Part shown: positions 1-24,752 of the stretch, one piece after another
Layout of the letters: every line of letters begins with the position of its first letter
Position numbering within the stretch: position 1 is the stretch's first letter
Source: the human T2T-CHM13v2.0 reference genome, Homo sapiens
Length of the DNA: 64,000 nucleotides
Assembly (NCBI RefSeq): GCF_009914755.1
Contig: NC_060939.1
Direction: 5' to 3' (one strand)
Position numbers and translations under genes: made by a program
The notes under the pieces: generated by a model
Database searches by the model: none
What the model was told of the DNA's origin: nothing
What the model saw: the letters and a program-made list of their open reading frames with translations, nothing else

Positions 1-995
1 GTTAGTGGACAGAAACCCAGGTAGTTCACACCGTGACCTGAGAAATGGAGAGACGACAGTTACTCAACTACACACATACGACACCTAAGGAAATATTGAA
101 GATTTGGTGGTGGTTGTAGATGACGGGCCCGTGGTTTTTTGTTGTTGTTGTTGTTTTGTCTGTGCCTTGTAGATAATCATTTTTACCTCAGTCGTTTGAT
201 TTTGAAAACTCCGAAGGGTTCATTATACAGCTGTAAGTGACATTTACTTCTACATGGTTTTTTTTTTTTTTTACAGTAGTTACAGAAGTCTCAAATCCAA
301 AATGTTAAGACTCTTATTAACAAAGTTCTCAAAATCTTGTTATATTTGTGCAGATAAAGTTTTGTGTGAAATGGAAAATGATTTTTTTTTGTGGTTTTGC
401 CTAATTTAGTGAATTTCTCCTAATTTATAAACACAAACGGAGAACCCTATAAATCCTGCCTGGGCTGAAAAGTTTAAGCTAGATAATCACTATGAACTTA
501 ATAGGAATGTTGTTTTGAGTTTTTCTGTTCTCTCCCCAGTCCGATGAGGTTGGATGTGTGGATGTCCGATTTACTGACAGCCTGAGGTTCAAGAATGTTG
601 TGAGCTTTGCACACATTGAAGTTAATAAATCGACTGGTTATTGTTTGAAGACACTCAGATGCTTTATTTACATGTTGTAGAAACATGGGACTAGATTTTG
701 TTACCAGCCGCATTACAAGATATTAGTTACCCCTCTACATTGTAGCAGATTTTCAGTTTTGAGCCTTGGGTTCATATTGGTCCTTTCATTTTTTTCCATG
801 CATATAGGAAGTGGCAGTTAAGACATCTGTTATGAAATTTGGGAATAAATTAACAAATGCAGAGAAAAGATTAGAGATATTAGGAAAGAAGTTGCAGAAA
901 ATGAAGTTTTAATGGATAGTCTAGACTAATGTCATGGAATAACTTCCTTGGGATTAAGGGATCTAAATGGTATCGATCTTGATGAATATAATTCT

Positions 996-1292
<297 letters not shown>

Positions 1293-1313
1293 CTCTGATG
1301 AATATAATTCTGA

Positions 1314-2700
<1,387 letters not shown>

Positions 2701-5330
2701 AGCCATATCACCAAATTTCTGAATTCTTATGTTTTTGTACTTTTTATGAGGAGTTGCAGACAAGGCTTAGTTTCCGTGAGGTCTTCTGTTCATGTCAGCA
2801 TCTAGTACTTAACCTTTAAAAATACAGGTTTAATGTCATTTGTAATGTCCTGGGAAATGAAAGGAAAACTGATGTTTTTGTTATTATAATTTGCTCCAGC
2901 ACTTTACTCTCATTTAGTAGACTTAGTATTTTGCTGTCCTTGACTTTTCAAATAGCTGTCTGGCAGTGGCAGAAGTGGACTTAGGTGAAACTGTACAACC
3001 GTTAATATATATGGCAAGAAAAGACTATGCTTTTCCCCAGTTAAAAAGATGAGAACTCGGGAGCATAGTTTCCCATCACCCTGGCTTTATTTACCTTTTT
3101 TACTATCCTGATAGTTGTGCAGAGGTAGTGGGAAGAATTGTTCACTTGGCATATATGACTCCTTCCTCATTGCTGGTATGATATGTAGGATGTGTTGACT
3201 GAGAAGGCAGTGAGTACCTACTGGACACAAGGACAACATAACTTTTGCTCCATTTTACTAGTCTCCTAGCATTTCAGTAGAACAGTTTAGAAGCTAGATT
3301 TATTCAAAGGGTACAGAGTTTGCAGAAACTTATAGCTGTGTTCAGCCATCTCACGCATTTGCCTCTGTAACCATATAGCATTTCTTTTAAAAGATCCTGA
3401 AGAGGCTGAGGCAAGAGGATTGCGTGAGCCTAGGAGTTTGAAGCCAGCCTGGGCAACATAGCAAGACCCCAACACATTTAAAGAGAGAGCGATCCTGAAG
3501 AACAGATTTAGTTGAGCCTCTCTCGTCCTACTCATTCACTCTCTGTTAGGATCCTATTCCAATAAATAGTTTGAATCTACCAGATAGGGACAATTTTCAG
3601 GGGTTGGAAACAACTTCTAAAGAACAGGATCTGTATTTTACAGAATGTGAAATTACTAGGAAATACCCAGAAGGTGGGCATTTTGCCAGAAAATGGGTAT
3701 TTTGAAGAGAGTGTGTGTATGTGTAACTTAAGAAAAATTCCAAACATGCAGTAGAGAGAAACATTTAATAAACCAGTGACCAGTCTTGTCTCCTCTGTAT
3801 CCCCACTTTCCTCCTCCAACCAGATTATTTTCAAGAAAATCTCAATCATATCATTTCATACCCTGCCACTTTTATAAACTAGCAAGTTTTGAATTAGGAA
3901 GCATGTTTGTTATTGAAAAATATTTTCTTGTCATGATGGATCATTGTAAATAAACCACTTGTTTAGTGTTCAGTGTCTTGATATCGCTGAGCCAGAAATT
4001 TAAAGTAGATTGATAACTGTCCTGAATATGAGACAGGTAGGCATTGAGATGGAACTCAGCTGAGTGCTGATCCATTGTAGTATGTTAAAAGCTTAATGAA
4101 TTGAATTAAATGAAGTAGAATTTACTAAGGCAGGCACCTTGGCTTCTAGGCACCCAGCATAGTTCTGAGATGGTGGAAGAACATTTTGGCTTTTAAAAAA
4201 CTGAACTTTGCTGGGAAGTCTACCCTTGCCAAGATCTCGTTGCACAGTTCTGAGTTCTCTCAGAACTGCACAGCTTACAGAACACAAATTAAAGGCTTTT
4301 TTTTTCTTTCCCAGCAAGAGATTATGTTTTACCTAAACCAAATTATTTAAAGAAAAAAGGAGAAGGAGTATATGTTAGTTCCTAGGCTGTTGCTATAGGG
4401 CAAAAGAGTTTTATTGCTCGTTTGAAGCTACTTCTATTTGACAATCTATAAATACATCTTGCTTAAGTTGGAAAGCATTTTCAGCCCTAAATGTGTTCTC
4501 ATTGCATGTGACATAATGTAGTTTTATATTATGAAGACAGAACCAGCTAACTACTGGCCACATTGTTAGAAATAAAAAGAAAGCAAGATATAAAGTTTTC
4601 TGCTTTGCTTCTGATACTTAGTTGTGTTCAATTAGGGAAGCAAGTTTTAAAGTTAAAAAGCAGCCATCTCTTTCATAGAAATAGCTTAAATGATGGGTGT
4701 GTATCTGCAGGGCAAGAGTATAGATAAGCAAGTAGTTTATAAACAGGCCCTATTCTAAGAAGCTAGCCATTTTAGGAGAGCAGCCTGGGTGATTCTTTTG
4801 AAGATAAATTGGATATTATAGTTGAAAGATTAATTGGCTACCAAAAATAATTGGGTAAAGGATTTAATTGGATGTTCATAGGTAGTCTCTTGAACCAAAT
4901 AACCATTTAGGGCTCTTTGAAGTGAGTTGTAGACTTGCTCCCTATTTTAAGTGTTAATTTTAGCTGTTTCTCTAGGAAGCCTTTTTACATTTTATCTGAA
5001 TTTGCTGCTGGAATTTACAAACTTCTAATGTTTACAAAAAATTGGGCATATTTTTTGAAGCAGCGTGGTGAACATTCTACCTTAAATCTACTTTTCAGAC
5101 ACTTAATTTTATAACTATGGAAACAAAAACTCTAACTTCCTGGGGAAAGCTACCTGGCCTTTTGCTTTTATAATTACATCTGTTTGGAAGTGTGACCAGT
5201 CTCTTTTTGCTGACACTTACTATGCTCCTTTCTTTAGGGGCTTAGTGCTAGTTTGGTAGTAACTTCAGGGCAGACTTGTAAGCACTTTGGGGAGAGAGTG
5301 ACAGTCAAGGTTTGGATGGTCCTTTTATGA

Positions 5331-6999
<1,669 letters not shown>

Positions 7000-7544
7000 C
7001 TACAGGCAATTTAAGGTGAGAAGTTTGGTAACCAGTATACCTCTAGCTGGGCATATCTTAATATGTGTAATAATCCTTCTCTTTATGAGATTCCCAGAGT
7101 TCCCAGGAGAGGGACTTAGTTCCCAGTTAGTTATTTTATACTTCAGGACTCAGGGAAGAAGTCATATTTACTATAATACTATTTTTATTTTTATTATTTT
7201 GCATTGGAATTGCATTGGAATTGCTTTATTCCAGCGAATTAAATTGTTTACCAGACTGTGAATTTTGTAAGCAAGTGTTTAAAACATGCTTTTTAAAGAC
7301 CTTCCTTAACATTGTGTTTAAAGCCTTAAATGAAGCTGTTTACATGTATACATTTAAAGGATGTATCTCAGCATGTTACTCTAAAGATGTGTTGTAAGCT
7401 GCTTTATTACAGTGAATTGAACTCTACTAAACCGTGAACTTTGTAAGCAAGTGTTTAAAACATGCTTTTTAAAAAAGTAAATCATTTTATTTTCAATAAA
7501 AAGGTCAGTCAAATGTTTAGTTATTTAAAACTTTTTTAAAATTA

Positions 7545-7790
7545 GTTTTTATAATTGGCAAATAATGTACATATTTATGGGGTATATTGTGATGTTTCAA
7601 TGCATGTATACATTGTAATTACCATTTCATCACTTTAAACATTTATCATTTCTTTGTGGTGTTAACATTCAAAATTTTCTTATGGAACTATCTTGAAATA
7701 TATAACATTGTTATTAGCTATAATCACCGTACTGTGTAATAGAACACCAGAACTTATTCTTCTAACTGTAACTTTATACCTATGACACTT
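7545..7790 (-). mobile_element. L1MA-like 3' end fragment
   Basis: tgtacatatttatggggta...gttattagctataatcacc...tagaacaccagaacttattc resembles an antisense old L1 3' UTR. Confidence 0.6.
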
Positions 7791-8783
7791 TAAAGAACTT
7801 TGGTCCATTCAGAGCAGGTCCCTTAGTTTTTCACTGAGATTGTGGGTTGGCTATGTCTGGGCCTGGGTTTCCTTTTCTTTAAAATGGGGGAATAACACTA
7901 CCTTCTTACAGGACTGTTGTGAGAATTAACCTTGTTACTACACCTGTTTCTCAGAAGGGTTTTAAATATGCATCTTCTGGAAGTAAGCAAATGGTCCTCC
8001 TATCTGAAACACTGCCCCCTATCACTCACAGATCCAGCCTTCCTGTGTTCTGTGAAGATTTAAACAACAAAAAATGCCTAGTAATTCACTTTTATTTTTA
8101 GCTCTTTGGTTCCTTTTGTACTGTGATGTATAGCACTTAGCAAACTAACGGCGAAATACAAACGTTTGATCTCTAATTTCTAACTCTAGTATCACAGTTA
8201 CTCAAATAATGACTAGCTGGTTTGCTTTCAATCTGTTAAAACTGCGAGCTGTGGGTTAAATTGCTGAAGTAAGATGAATATAAAAATACACTTACTTTTT
8301 AATACAAAGTTCCTTTAATTATGCTTGCAGACTGTATGACAGCCTTAATCAGGATGTTGAATTTTTAATTTCTTTACTGGACTTAGAGATTTTTATTAAG
8401 AACCAAGGCTTGGTTAGTTTATATTCCTAGACTGATACAAATTTGTGATCTGTCGTGTTATGAAACCAGAAGCTTGGTGTCATATTGTGGCATATTAGTC
8501 ATACTAGTCAGCCTTTGCTTCTTTAGTAGCATCAGGGCCTCTTGCCCTGCTTTTGCCATCTTGCCACTCAGCTTCAAATGGCATGTCATAGTGTGCCTGG
8601 TGGTTGCTGAGACAATGGCCAGGCTACCTATGATTAAAGCCATCTTTAATCATAGGGCTGTGTCTGTCCCTATTAAACTTGAGCCTTCTAAGTTCTGTGG
8701 AGCTTTTAGAAAATTGTGTTTGATAATTGGTTTATATTTAGCTCAATGATTGAGTTAGGCATAGAAAAAACAGAGTATAGATC

Positions 8784-9713
<930 letters not shown>

Positions 9714-9964
9714 TGACTCCTTTTTAATAGTGGGCTTTAGAATTATATAGACTTAATTCATTAACCAGGCTTATGTTGTATGGAATACTACTTGAAATAA
9801 ATGAGCTATTGGCCAGAGTATAGGATGCTTTTTACATTTGGGGGGAAGTAAGAACTATAAAGTTCTCTCAGTTTTTATTTATTAATAACTGAATCACTTT
9901 CAGAGAGGCTATTGATTTCAGCTAGGTTGTCCTAACTGCTAATGGAGAAGCTTTCTTATGAAGT

Positions 9965-12817
<2,853 letters not shown>

Positions 12818-12842
12818 TATTAATGGAAGTCCTTTTCTTTAG

Positions 12843-12897
12843 GATAACTGGGATGACGATGATGATGAAAAAAAAGAGGAAGCAGAAGTAAAACCAG
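12843..12897 (+). CDS. EIF3J: eIF3 subunit J, coding exon 3 (55 nt)
   Basis: ttttctttAG|GAT...CCAG|gtgagc; translates DNWDDDDDEKKEEAEVKP, the acidic Trp-containing N-terminal region of eIF3j. Confidence 0.97.
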
Positions 12898-13397
12898 GTG
12901 AGCCACTGGGGCGCCTCCATTTTTGTTTTTATGTCTTGCTGAGCATTTGTGACTTGTATTAAGACAAATGACAGAACGCTCACAAAATGGAACATTTTGG
13001 TATTTAGAAACCAAGTGTCCTTCCATTCCCACTTTATTCTGTTTTCCCTGCAACTTTTCTCTATCGCCTCAAAATATAATCAGATTAGATACTTGCTGTA
13101 TTTCTGTATGAGTGCTTGTTAGTAGGAAAGGGTAGAGGTTCTGGCATTAATTATAGTTGAATGATCTAAGCCCTGCCTATAGGACGGTGGGGAAATATGA
13201 AGAGATATTTGGATCTTAGGGGTCACATTAGAGAGGAGAAGGAAGAGTCCCAGAAGTTTCCCATTATTTGTGAGAAAAATCACTGTTTGAAGCTGGGAAA
13301 GGTTTGGTCTCTTAATAGTATACAAGTATCATGTCTGTCTCATCCATAAACTGGAAAATACTCAGTATAACTGAATAAAACTTTTTTTTACTTTTAG

Positions 13398-13489
13398 AGG
13401 TAAAAATTTCAGAAAAGAAAAAAATAGCAGAGAAGATAAAAGAGAAAGAACGGCAACAGAAGAAAAGGCAAGAAGAAATTAAAAAGAGG
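13398..13489 (+). CDS. EIF3J: eIF3 subunit J, coding exon 4 (92 nt)
   Basis: cttttAG|AG GTA AAA...AAG AGG|gtaaat; (E)VKISEKKKIAEKIKEKERQQKKRQEEIKKR, in frame with exons 3 and 5. Confidence 0.97.
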
Positions 13490-13770
13490 GTAAATTCTGT
13501 TTTCTAAAATACAGAATTCTCACATCGGTAGTGGTATAGTTTCTAACAGGCTGCAAATATTACCTAGGAATTTGAAGGGCTCTGTGAAGACTGTAAATGG
13601 ATACCATAAGATAGGTAAAATCCAAAACAAATTGATTTGTGGTTTTTGCAAAAACAGAACCCAGTTTTATATATGAGTGTCTTTTAAGTTTTCACAAACA
13701 TTCAGGAATAGTCATGATAGTGCAGTGACTACAGTCAGTGATTTTTGCCAGTGCCTGTAGTTCATTCTAG

Positions 13771-16423
<2,653 letters not shown>

Positions 16424-16519
16424 TTATTATATACGCTTATTTAAGAATTCGTACAATACAGAAAGGTACTGAGTGCATCATAATCCCTGTGCTTTTTAAA
16501 AACTTTTGTCTCATTTTAG

Positions 16520-16634
16520 TTAGAAGAACCCGAAGAACCTAAAGTGCTAACACCAGAAGAACAATTAGCAGATAAACTGCGGCTAAAGAAATTACAGGAA
16601 GAGTCAGACCTCGAATTAGCAAAGGAAACTTTTG
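16520..16634 (+). CDS. EIF3J: eIF3 subunit J, coding exon 5 (115 nt)
   Basis: cattttAG|TTA...TTT G|gtaaga; LEEPEEPKVLTPEEQLADKLRLKKLQEESDLELAKETF. Confidence 0.97.
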
Positions 16635-17832
16635 GTAAGACGGGATTATGATTGCAATACAGTATTAAACTGTTACAGGTGAAGACCCAGAAAGTTCAGA
16701 AAACATCTCCTTTTCTTAAAAGAAACATACTGGCTAATGTAGATATTAGAAAGCAGTTTTTAATCTCTGTGTATATTTGAGATTTCATTACATGTTCAGA
16801 TTTTTGAATAATTGTTTTGAGTAAAAGATTATTAAGATAAGTCATTTATAGCAATGCAAGAAGGGCAAAAAGGAGTAGACTCAGATGAAGTACACTACTG
16901 CATAGAATATTTTTATCAGCTGGATGAAATTTGCATGAAATGTGAGGTCTGTAGCTTTGAAATGGACTGTAGGGCTGTCCTGTTGTCTTAAGACTTAGAC
17001 AGTAGGATGTTGCTCCAGGTGAGAGGCATGCAGCTTTTGCTGTGCCTTCTTGTGCTCAGTGTCATTTCCTTCTGCAACCCTTCTTTGCCCTTACCATGCC
17101 CTATCTTTAGAGGGCCTCCATTTCTTTGTGCGGTGTCTGCAGCTGTGGTTAGTGCGTGAGATAAAAGTGCAGGATCCTATAAATAGATAAATTCAGAGTG
17201 TTCCAGAGTAAGAGACATGGCTAGAGAAATAGTCAAAGCCCTCGCTTCATTTAACCAAGTTATCGTTACCTGTTGAGTACTTTTCAGAGTAGAAGATCAT
17301 GTTGAAACAGTTAAATCACTGAAATTTATAACCAAGAAGGAAAGCTCTAGTTATTCTGATACCCCTCCCCCACTTTCATACTTTCTCTACTCTGAAACAG
17401 ATCAACAGGCTGACTGTAGTGATTGTTTTCCTTTTCATGAGGAAGTATGACCTTATCTGTCAGTGGATCTGTACAAATACCAGGAGTTGATGTGAATGCT
17501 CCTGTGCACCATTGTATGCTTGGCAGGTCTTAACTGCACTCATCTAATTATAGAGAGCTCTTGGCTGTTAATATGTGTCTTCCTAGGATGGTAAAAGCTG
17601 CCCATGTGTTTATTAAAGAGGCAGGTTTATGAAGTGTGCATAAAGCCTAGCATGGGACACCTGTTATAGACTAAAAGGTAAAAACATGCATTCATATAGT
17701 CATTGTTAATAGGATTTTACTGTTGTGTTTCTCATACTAAAATACCACATGTAATATTGTTAATAACTAATCTACTTGACATGGAGGATACAGAAGCATA
17801 CTTATCTTAGTGTAAAACTCATCTAGGCCAGA

Positions 17833-18930
<1,098 letters not shown>

Positions 18931-19169
18931 TTGATATATTGTTTTTAAATGAATAAAATACTTATTTATAAAGAAAACCTGTTATATATAAATAGATGTC
19001 AAAATACTAAAATGACAAATTTGTGATACAGAATTATATGCTTCCTTATCGATGCATTAAATCAGGTGTAGTGGCACGTCAAATAATGTCATTTGAGAGT
19101 AATTATGACTGAACAATATTAATATTGTAAGATATCTGTAATGGCAGGAGAGTGTGATCTCTCCTGGTA

Positions 19170-19350
19170 AGTCAAGTTTTGCTAATACCACTGTGATTTG
19201 TTGCCAGTCAATTGAAACTGAAGGAAATGCTGAATTAGAGGTTAATAAAGATGTAACTTTTTTTCTGATTTAAGTTTGTAACCCCCCTCCCCCCTCACCC
19301 AGCCATTCTATCCAGTGACTCCAGTGGCTCCAGGTTCAGAGCCCCTGCTT
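19170..19350. mobile_element. probable hAT-Charlie DNA transposon fragment
   Basis: gaaggaaatgct...agaggtt...aaagatgtaa...ccaggttcagagcccctg resembles a hAT terminal region; family not certain. Confidence 0.4.
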
Positions 19351-19455
19351 TAGAATGAAACGACAGGGTTATTCAGATAGCTATTGGCTTTGTAAGGTTT
19401 CATTTTTAAAAATCCTAACCTCCTGATACTTTTCAGTGCTTCTTTTCTCCTACAG

Positions 19456-19617
19456 GTGTTAATAATGCAGTTTATGGAATAGATGCTATGAACCCATCTT
19501 CAAGAGATGACTTTACAGAGTTTGGAAAGTTACTAAAAGATAAAATTACACAATATGAAAAGTCACTATATTATGCCAGTTTTTTGGAAGTCTTAGTTCG
19601 AGATGTGTGTATTTCAT
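19456..19617 (+). CDS. EIF3J: eIF3 subunit J, coding exon 6 (162 nt)
   Basis: ctcctacAG|GT...TCA T|gtaagt; (G)VNNAVYGIDAMNPSSRDDFTEFGKLLKDKITQYEKSLYYASFLEVLVRDVCIS. Confidence 0.97.
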
Positions 19618-20189
19618 GTAAGTAATTCTAATTTCTAGCCCCTCTGGGTAGATTTTTAGTAGGATGTTCTCTTCAGGAGGTTGAAGGTTATTTTTTATTT
19701 TCAAGGATACTATAATACAGACTCATGATTTGCTGTTTTTAGCAATTACCTTGTGAATGTTGTTCTGCAGATACAGTGAATTTGAGTGCTGGATCTTTTT
19801 GTTTGTTTGTAGGGGTAAGAGGACTTCTTGTTTTACAATGGCTTCCCTAAGAGATACCTGGGCTTGTCAGCAAAGCAGCTAATAAAACACTGGCCTATTC
19901 TTTTTATCTGATTATCACTTGAGAGGGGCTGGGAAGTATCTTTTGAGGGAAAAGGTCTCTGGCACTGTAGGATTTGGGTTGGGTGAGACTTCAGCCACTG
20001 TCTTTTACAAATCAGAATTAGACAGGGTGCAAGTTGAGTGACAGGGCTGGCACCTATTCTCTGGGTCCGTGGTTGTGGTGCCACACCTTGATAGGAGTCA
20101 TACATTTCAGGGCAGGGTGAATGGGAGTGACAGCCATGGGTGGTGAAGCAGGAATGTATGGAAGGGACTGGTTTTGCTAGTATTTGCAG

Positions 20190-22016
<1,827 letters not shown>

Positions 22017-22214
22017 ACCTTACGTTTAAAGAGGAGAAATTCATGGTCCTTTCAAAGTTACTGAAGTTTAACAATGAACAAATTGGATTTCTCATAACAC
22101 TTTTGGAATGTACATTTTGGGATATATAGATATATATGGAATGTACATATTTAGCTTTAACTTTTCAAAATGCTTAAAAATTCAAGTTTAATGGTATGCC
22201 CTTTTTTTTTTAAG

Positions 22215-22288
22215 TGGAAATTGATGACTTGAAAAAAATTACCAATTCACTGACTGTGCTTTGCAGTGAAAAACAGAAGCAAGAAAAG
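22215..22288 (+). CDS. EIF3J: eIF3 subunit J, coding exon 7 (74 nt)
   Basis: poly-T tract, taAG|TG...AAG|gtaaga; (L)EIDDLKKITNSLTVLCSEKQKQEK. Confidence 0.96.
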
Positions 22289-22505
22289 GTAAGAGCAAGC
22301 TGTGTAGGGAAATGGGTATTAAATTAGAGTGGGGTTATAGGTCTAACAGTCAACAAATATAATAGGAGCCTGTCCTAATTAAAAGTCAAGCAACTCACTA
22401 ATACCATTTAAGTTAGACTAGAAGAGGAGTATGGGTGCTATTACTGTCCTTTTGTTTCCAGACATGTTCCCCTTTTCTGAGTTAATAGAAATTGCTGAAA
22501 TCACA

Positions 22506-22849
22506 GACTGGGTTCAAATACTAGCACTGCTACTTAATAGGTATAGGTAAATCAGCTTTTCTAAGCTTCAGTCTTCTCCCTTCTAAAATAGGAACAATAA
22601 TACTCACTTTGCAGAGTATTTATAAGAGTAAAGTAAGAGAAGTATGTCAAGTAAAGGTTAGAGCTTTGTGATTTTAAATTGGGGGGTACTTATCCACACT
22701 TTTCTAAATTTGCTTCAGTGAAGTTAAGGCTGTCTACCAATAACTTATAACCCCTGCTGGTGGGCTAGGTATCCAGAGCAGGACCAAGGACCCAGATCAA
22801 GTTTTGGAGAGACTGACTCTGGGAGACCTGTTCAGGTCCAAAACATGTA
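22506..22849 (+). repeat. local duplication copy A (MIR-like 5' part + non-MIR core)
   Basis: aligns to 34293-34627 in the same orientation. Confidence 0.9.
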
Positions 22850-22983
22850 GGCTCGGATGTCCCTTACAGAACTAGTGTTTCTGGGACCAAAGGTTTTTGT
22901 GTGTTTGTTTATGAGGGTTGCTGTACCAGATAAGATGCCCATAGCACACTAAGGTTCATGAATTAACTCTCTTTCATCTTTAG

Positions 22984-23115
22984 CAAAGCAAAGCCAAAAA
23001 GAAGAAGAAAGGTGTGGTTCCTGGAGGGGGATTAAAAGCCACCATGAAAGATGATCTGGCAGATTATGGTGGTTATGATGGAGGATATGTACAAGACTAT
23101 GAAGACTTCATGTGA
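22984..23115 (+). CDS. EIF3J: eIF3 subunit J, last coding exon 8 (132 nt incl. TGA)
   Basis: catctttAG|CAA; QSKAKKKKKGVVPGGGLKATMKDDLADYGGYDGGYVQDYEDFM*, the characteristic eIF3j/Hcr1 DFM C-terminus. Confidence 0.97.
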   Translation, partial: QSKAKKKKKGVVPGGGLKATMKDDLADYGGYDGGYVQDYEDFM

Positions 23116-24027
23116 CATTTTATCTTTTCTTGGTGTCATCTTTATGTTGCCCACAATCCCTTGAACATGTAGCACAACTTCCTTTCCTTTCAGTTCTGCC
23201 AAATGCTACAATCAGAAGTGCAGTATCTTTTGTGCTGGTTATTTAACCCCTTGACACTTAGGTGCTAATGTGCAAATGAGGGAACTTGGATCTTGCTGCC
23301 AAGGGGTTAAAATTGGGAACCTAAGTTGCTACTAAATCATAGTTCAAAACCTAATAATGTTGTCGTTGTTGCTATCTGATTTCATAGCAGCAGTCACTAA
23401 ATTGGAAACAAAAGGTTGCAACGTGACAAAAAAAATTGTGTAGTATTTACCAGCACCATTCAGTAATACAGCCTTAACCATACCTCCTTGAACTACTTCA
23501 TAACTTGTCAAGAAAAGCAGTTTGCAGCAAGGGCATGTGGTGTGCACCTAGTATTAAAATTGCTTTGTCTTAAAATTGAACATGAGGATATTAAAAATAC
23601 ATTGTGAAGAAGACTGCTTATCTCAGAGTGAAGATACTGCGGCTGAAAAGCACTAGTTTGATATAAAATTAAAATGACCAAAACCCTCCAACTTTGAAGC
23701 TAAAGAAGGTAAACCTTTCCATTATTGCATTACATGTTGTGGAATCTCTCGAGTGCAAAGACTGTCTAGTTATTTATCAGGCTATTTCTACTGATGAACT
23801 GCTTCAGGTGGGGGAGGGAAACTTATTTTTATTTGCCTGATTTAAGTGTCTGAGAAACAAATCTTTGTTCTCTTAGGCTGCAATGGAACAACTTTACCAG
23901 GGTTTTGGCATTTCCTTTCCTTTCCTTTATAAAACATGCTCAGCAAACTGCACCAGTTAACTACAGTTTGGTAAATTGTTATGTTAACAATTATGACATC
24001 TGCAATGTTTTATAAAGCAACTAATTT

Positions 24028-24033
24028 AATAAA
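24028..24033 (+). terminator. candidate EIF3J proximal poly(A) signal
   Basis: AATAAA followed by GT/T-rich sequence (tgttgtg...ttttgtgtt). Confidence 0.6.
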
Positions 24034-24142
24034 ATCACTGTTGTGAGGACTTAAATTTTGTGTTACCTCCCAAGAGATACTTTTTGAGAGTATAGAACAC
24101 AGCTCTTGGGAGTACAGTTCTCTACGTTCTCTACTAAATCTT

Positions 24143-24148
24143 AATAAA
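24143..24148 (+). terminator. candidate EIF3J poly(A) signal
   Basis: AATAAA in the 3' UTR. Confidence 0.5.
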
Positions 24149-24677
24149 TGCTTGACATAGTTACAGCTTTAAAACATGAGTGATTTGCCAGGTCCTTATG
24201 TTGTCACCATAGAGCAACAAAGGTATAGGGCTGCCTTCCTCTTATTTATTTGGGGACATTATTTTGTTATTTAGATACCAAGGCCTAATTAATTAAGTAC
24301 CTATAAGAACTATTTATTTGGAGTAACTGAGCCTGTAACTCAGGTTTATGGCTGTTAAGTATAGATTGGGGAATCTTTATTATGTCTTCTCCTAAGCAGT
24401 TTAACCAAATGTGTGGTTAGTGTTTTTTTATTCCCCTAAGACAGAAAGAACAAAAAATGTTTTAAATTTCTCTTATATAGGAAATAATAGGAACGTCAAA
24501 GCTCTGTATACCTACTAAGTGGAAAACAAGACCATCATCTAAGTGATTTGAGAAATTAACAAAAGTAGTGACTACACAGCAATAATTACAGTAAATTAAA
24601 TAAAGATTCCTTTAAGGCAGACAAGGGCTAAGATTTCCTTAGCAGTAATAATGACATACACTGAATTGAAAATCTAT

Positions 24678-24683
24678 TTTATT
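24678..24683 (-). terminator. SPG11 poly(A) signal
   Basis: tttatt on + = AATAAA on -, about 400 nt past the SPG11 stop and directly preceded by TGTA on the - strand. Confidence 0.8.
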
Positions 24684-24746
24684 ACAGAAAGATCAGTTTC
24701 TAACAAATGAAAATGTATCACCTGTTCCTTAACTGTGTAAATAATA

Positions 24747-24752
24747 ATTAAA
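24747..24752 (+). terminator. candidate EIF3J distal poly(A) signal
   Basis: ATTAAA variant hexamer with an upstream TGTA motif. Confidence 0.5.

Noticed and set aside
1-500. Promoter at the window start
   Set aside because: Only a few CpGs and no CpG island; EIF3J exons 1-2 lie upstream of the window
23241-23315. Possible SECIS element downstream of the EIF3J UGA
   Set aside because: The ATGA/AA/GA spacing does not fit SECIS geometry, and DFM is the normal eIF3j C-terminus
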